Origin: Malacoraja senta
Lineage: Eukaryota
DNA: 64,000 bases
Assembly: GCA_038087875.1 (NCBI GenBank)
Contig: CM075992.1
Span: 8,868,001-8,932,000, forward strand
Reading direction: 5' to 3'
Shown here: positions 63,206-64,000 of the stretch, piece after piece
How positions within the stretch are numbered: position 1 is the first letter of the stretch
Layout of the letters: each line of letters starts with the position of its first letter
The notes under the pieces: model-generated
The model's database searches: none
Told to the model about the DNA's origin: nothing
The model's input: the letters and a program-made list of their open reading frames with translations, nothing else
Made by a program: the position numbers and the translations under genes

Positions 63206-64000
63206 TTAGCACACAACAAAAGCTTTTCACTGTACCTCGGTACATGTGACTATCAACTAAACTTGTTCCCTGTACTTTACCAGATGGGATCATGAATTAA
63301 ACTTGAACTCCAACGTGCAACCCAACCTTGACTCTTACTCAGTGGTGTTCTGCCTTGAACTACCATGATCTTCACATTTTTGCAGACACAAAGAACTATT
63401 AAAAAAATCACAAAATACTGCAGTAACTCAGCGGGTCAGGCAACGTCTCTGGAGAATGTGGATAGGAGACGTTTCAGGTCAGATTTGTTGTCTGAAGATG
63501 GGTCCCGACCCAAAAAGTCACCTATCCATATTCTCCAGAGATGTGTTACCTATTCTTTTCTTTCAGAGATGCTGCCTGAGCGGCTGAGTTACTCCAGCAT
63601 TTTGTGTCTATCTTTGGTATAAACCAGCAGTTCTTTCATACACATGCTGCCTGTCCCGCTGAGTTACTCCAGTGCTTTGTGTAAGCATGCAGGTACAGCA
63701 GGCAGTGAAGTAAGCGAATGGCATGTTGGCCTTTATAACAAGAGGAGTCGAGTATAGGAGCAAAGAGGTCCTTCTGCAGTTGCACAGGGCCTTAGTGAGA
63801 CCACACCTGGAGTATTGTGTGCAGTTTTGGTCCCCTAATTTGAGGAAGGACATTCTTGCTATTGAGGGAGTGCAGCGTAGGTTTACAAGGTTAATTCCAG
63901 GGATGGCGGGACTGTCATATGCTGAGAGAATGGAGCGGCTGGGCTTGTACACTCTGGAGTTTAGAAGGATGAGAGGATATCTTTTTGAAACATATAAGAT

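Overview
This is vertebrate genomic DNA, very probably from an elasmobranch (skate, ray or shark). That assignment is inferred from abundant HE1-type V-SINEs and their CR1/HER1 partner LINEs. Three spliced housekeeping genes are present. GET3/ASNA1 (minus strand, exons 1-3) runs off the left edge. TRIR/C19orf43 (plus strand) is complete, with 3 coding exons and 160 aa, and sits head-to-head with GET3 at a CpG-rich bidirectional promoter. The 3' part of KRI1 (minus strand) has 11 coding exons plus a probable non-coding last exon; its 5' exons lie beyond the right edge. One KRI1 exon is 1 nt short of frame, either an assembly error or a null allele. A 200-N gap lies at 17884-18083. Most remaining sequence is transposable-element derived: V-SINEs, CR1, Rex1/Babar, L1, RTE, Vingi/Ingi-like LINE, Neptune-type Penelope elements, and Harbinger and hAT MITEs. 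The most striking result is a set of predicted self-cleaving ribozymes in small retroelements. Two different TSD-flanked mini-retroelements in KRI1 introns (57661-57802 minus; 60352-60543 plus) each begin exactly at G1 of a complete HDV-like ribozyme fold and end in a GAA-rich tail. The core of the second closely matches the mammalian CPEB3 ribozyme as I recall it. A Vingi/Ingi-like LINE 3' end with the same kind of tail is in the window and is the candidate partner. Dozens of Penelope pseudo-LTR fragments also carry a minimal hammerhead core and often insert as TSD-flanked fold-back hairpins. Gene and repeat-family names come from recognition of the sequences, not from database searches.
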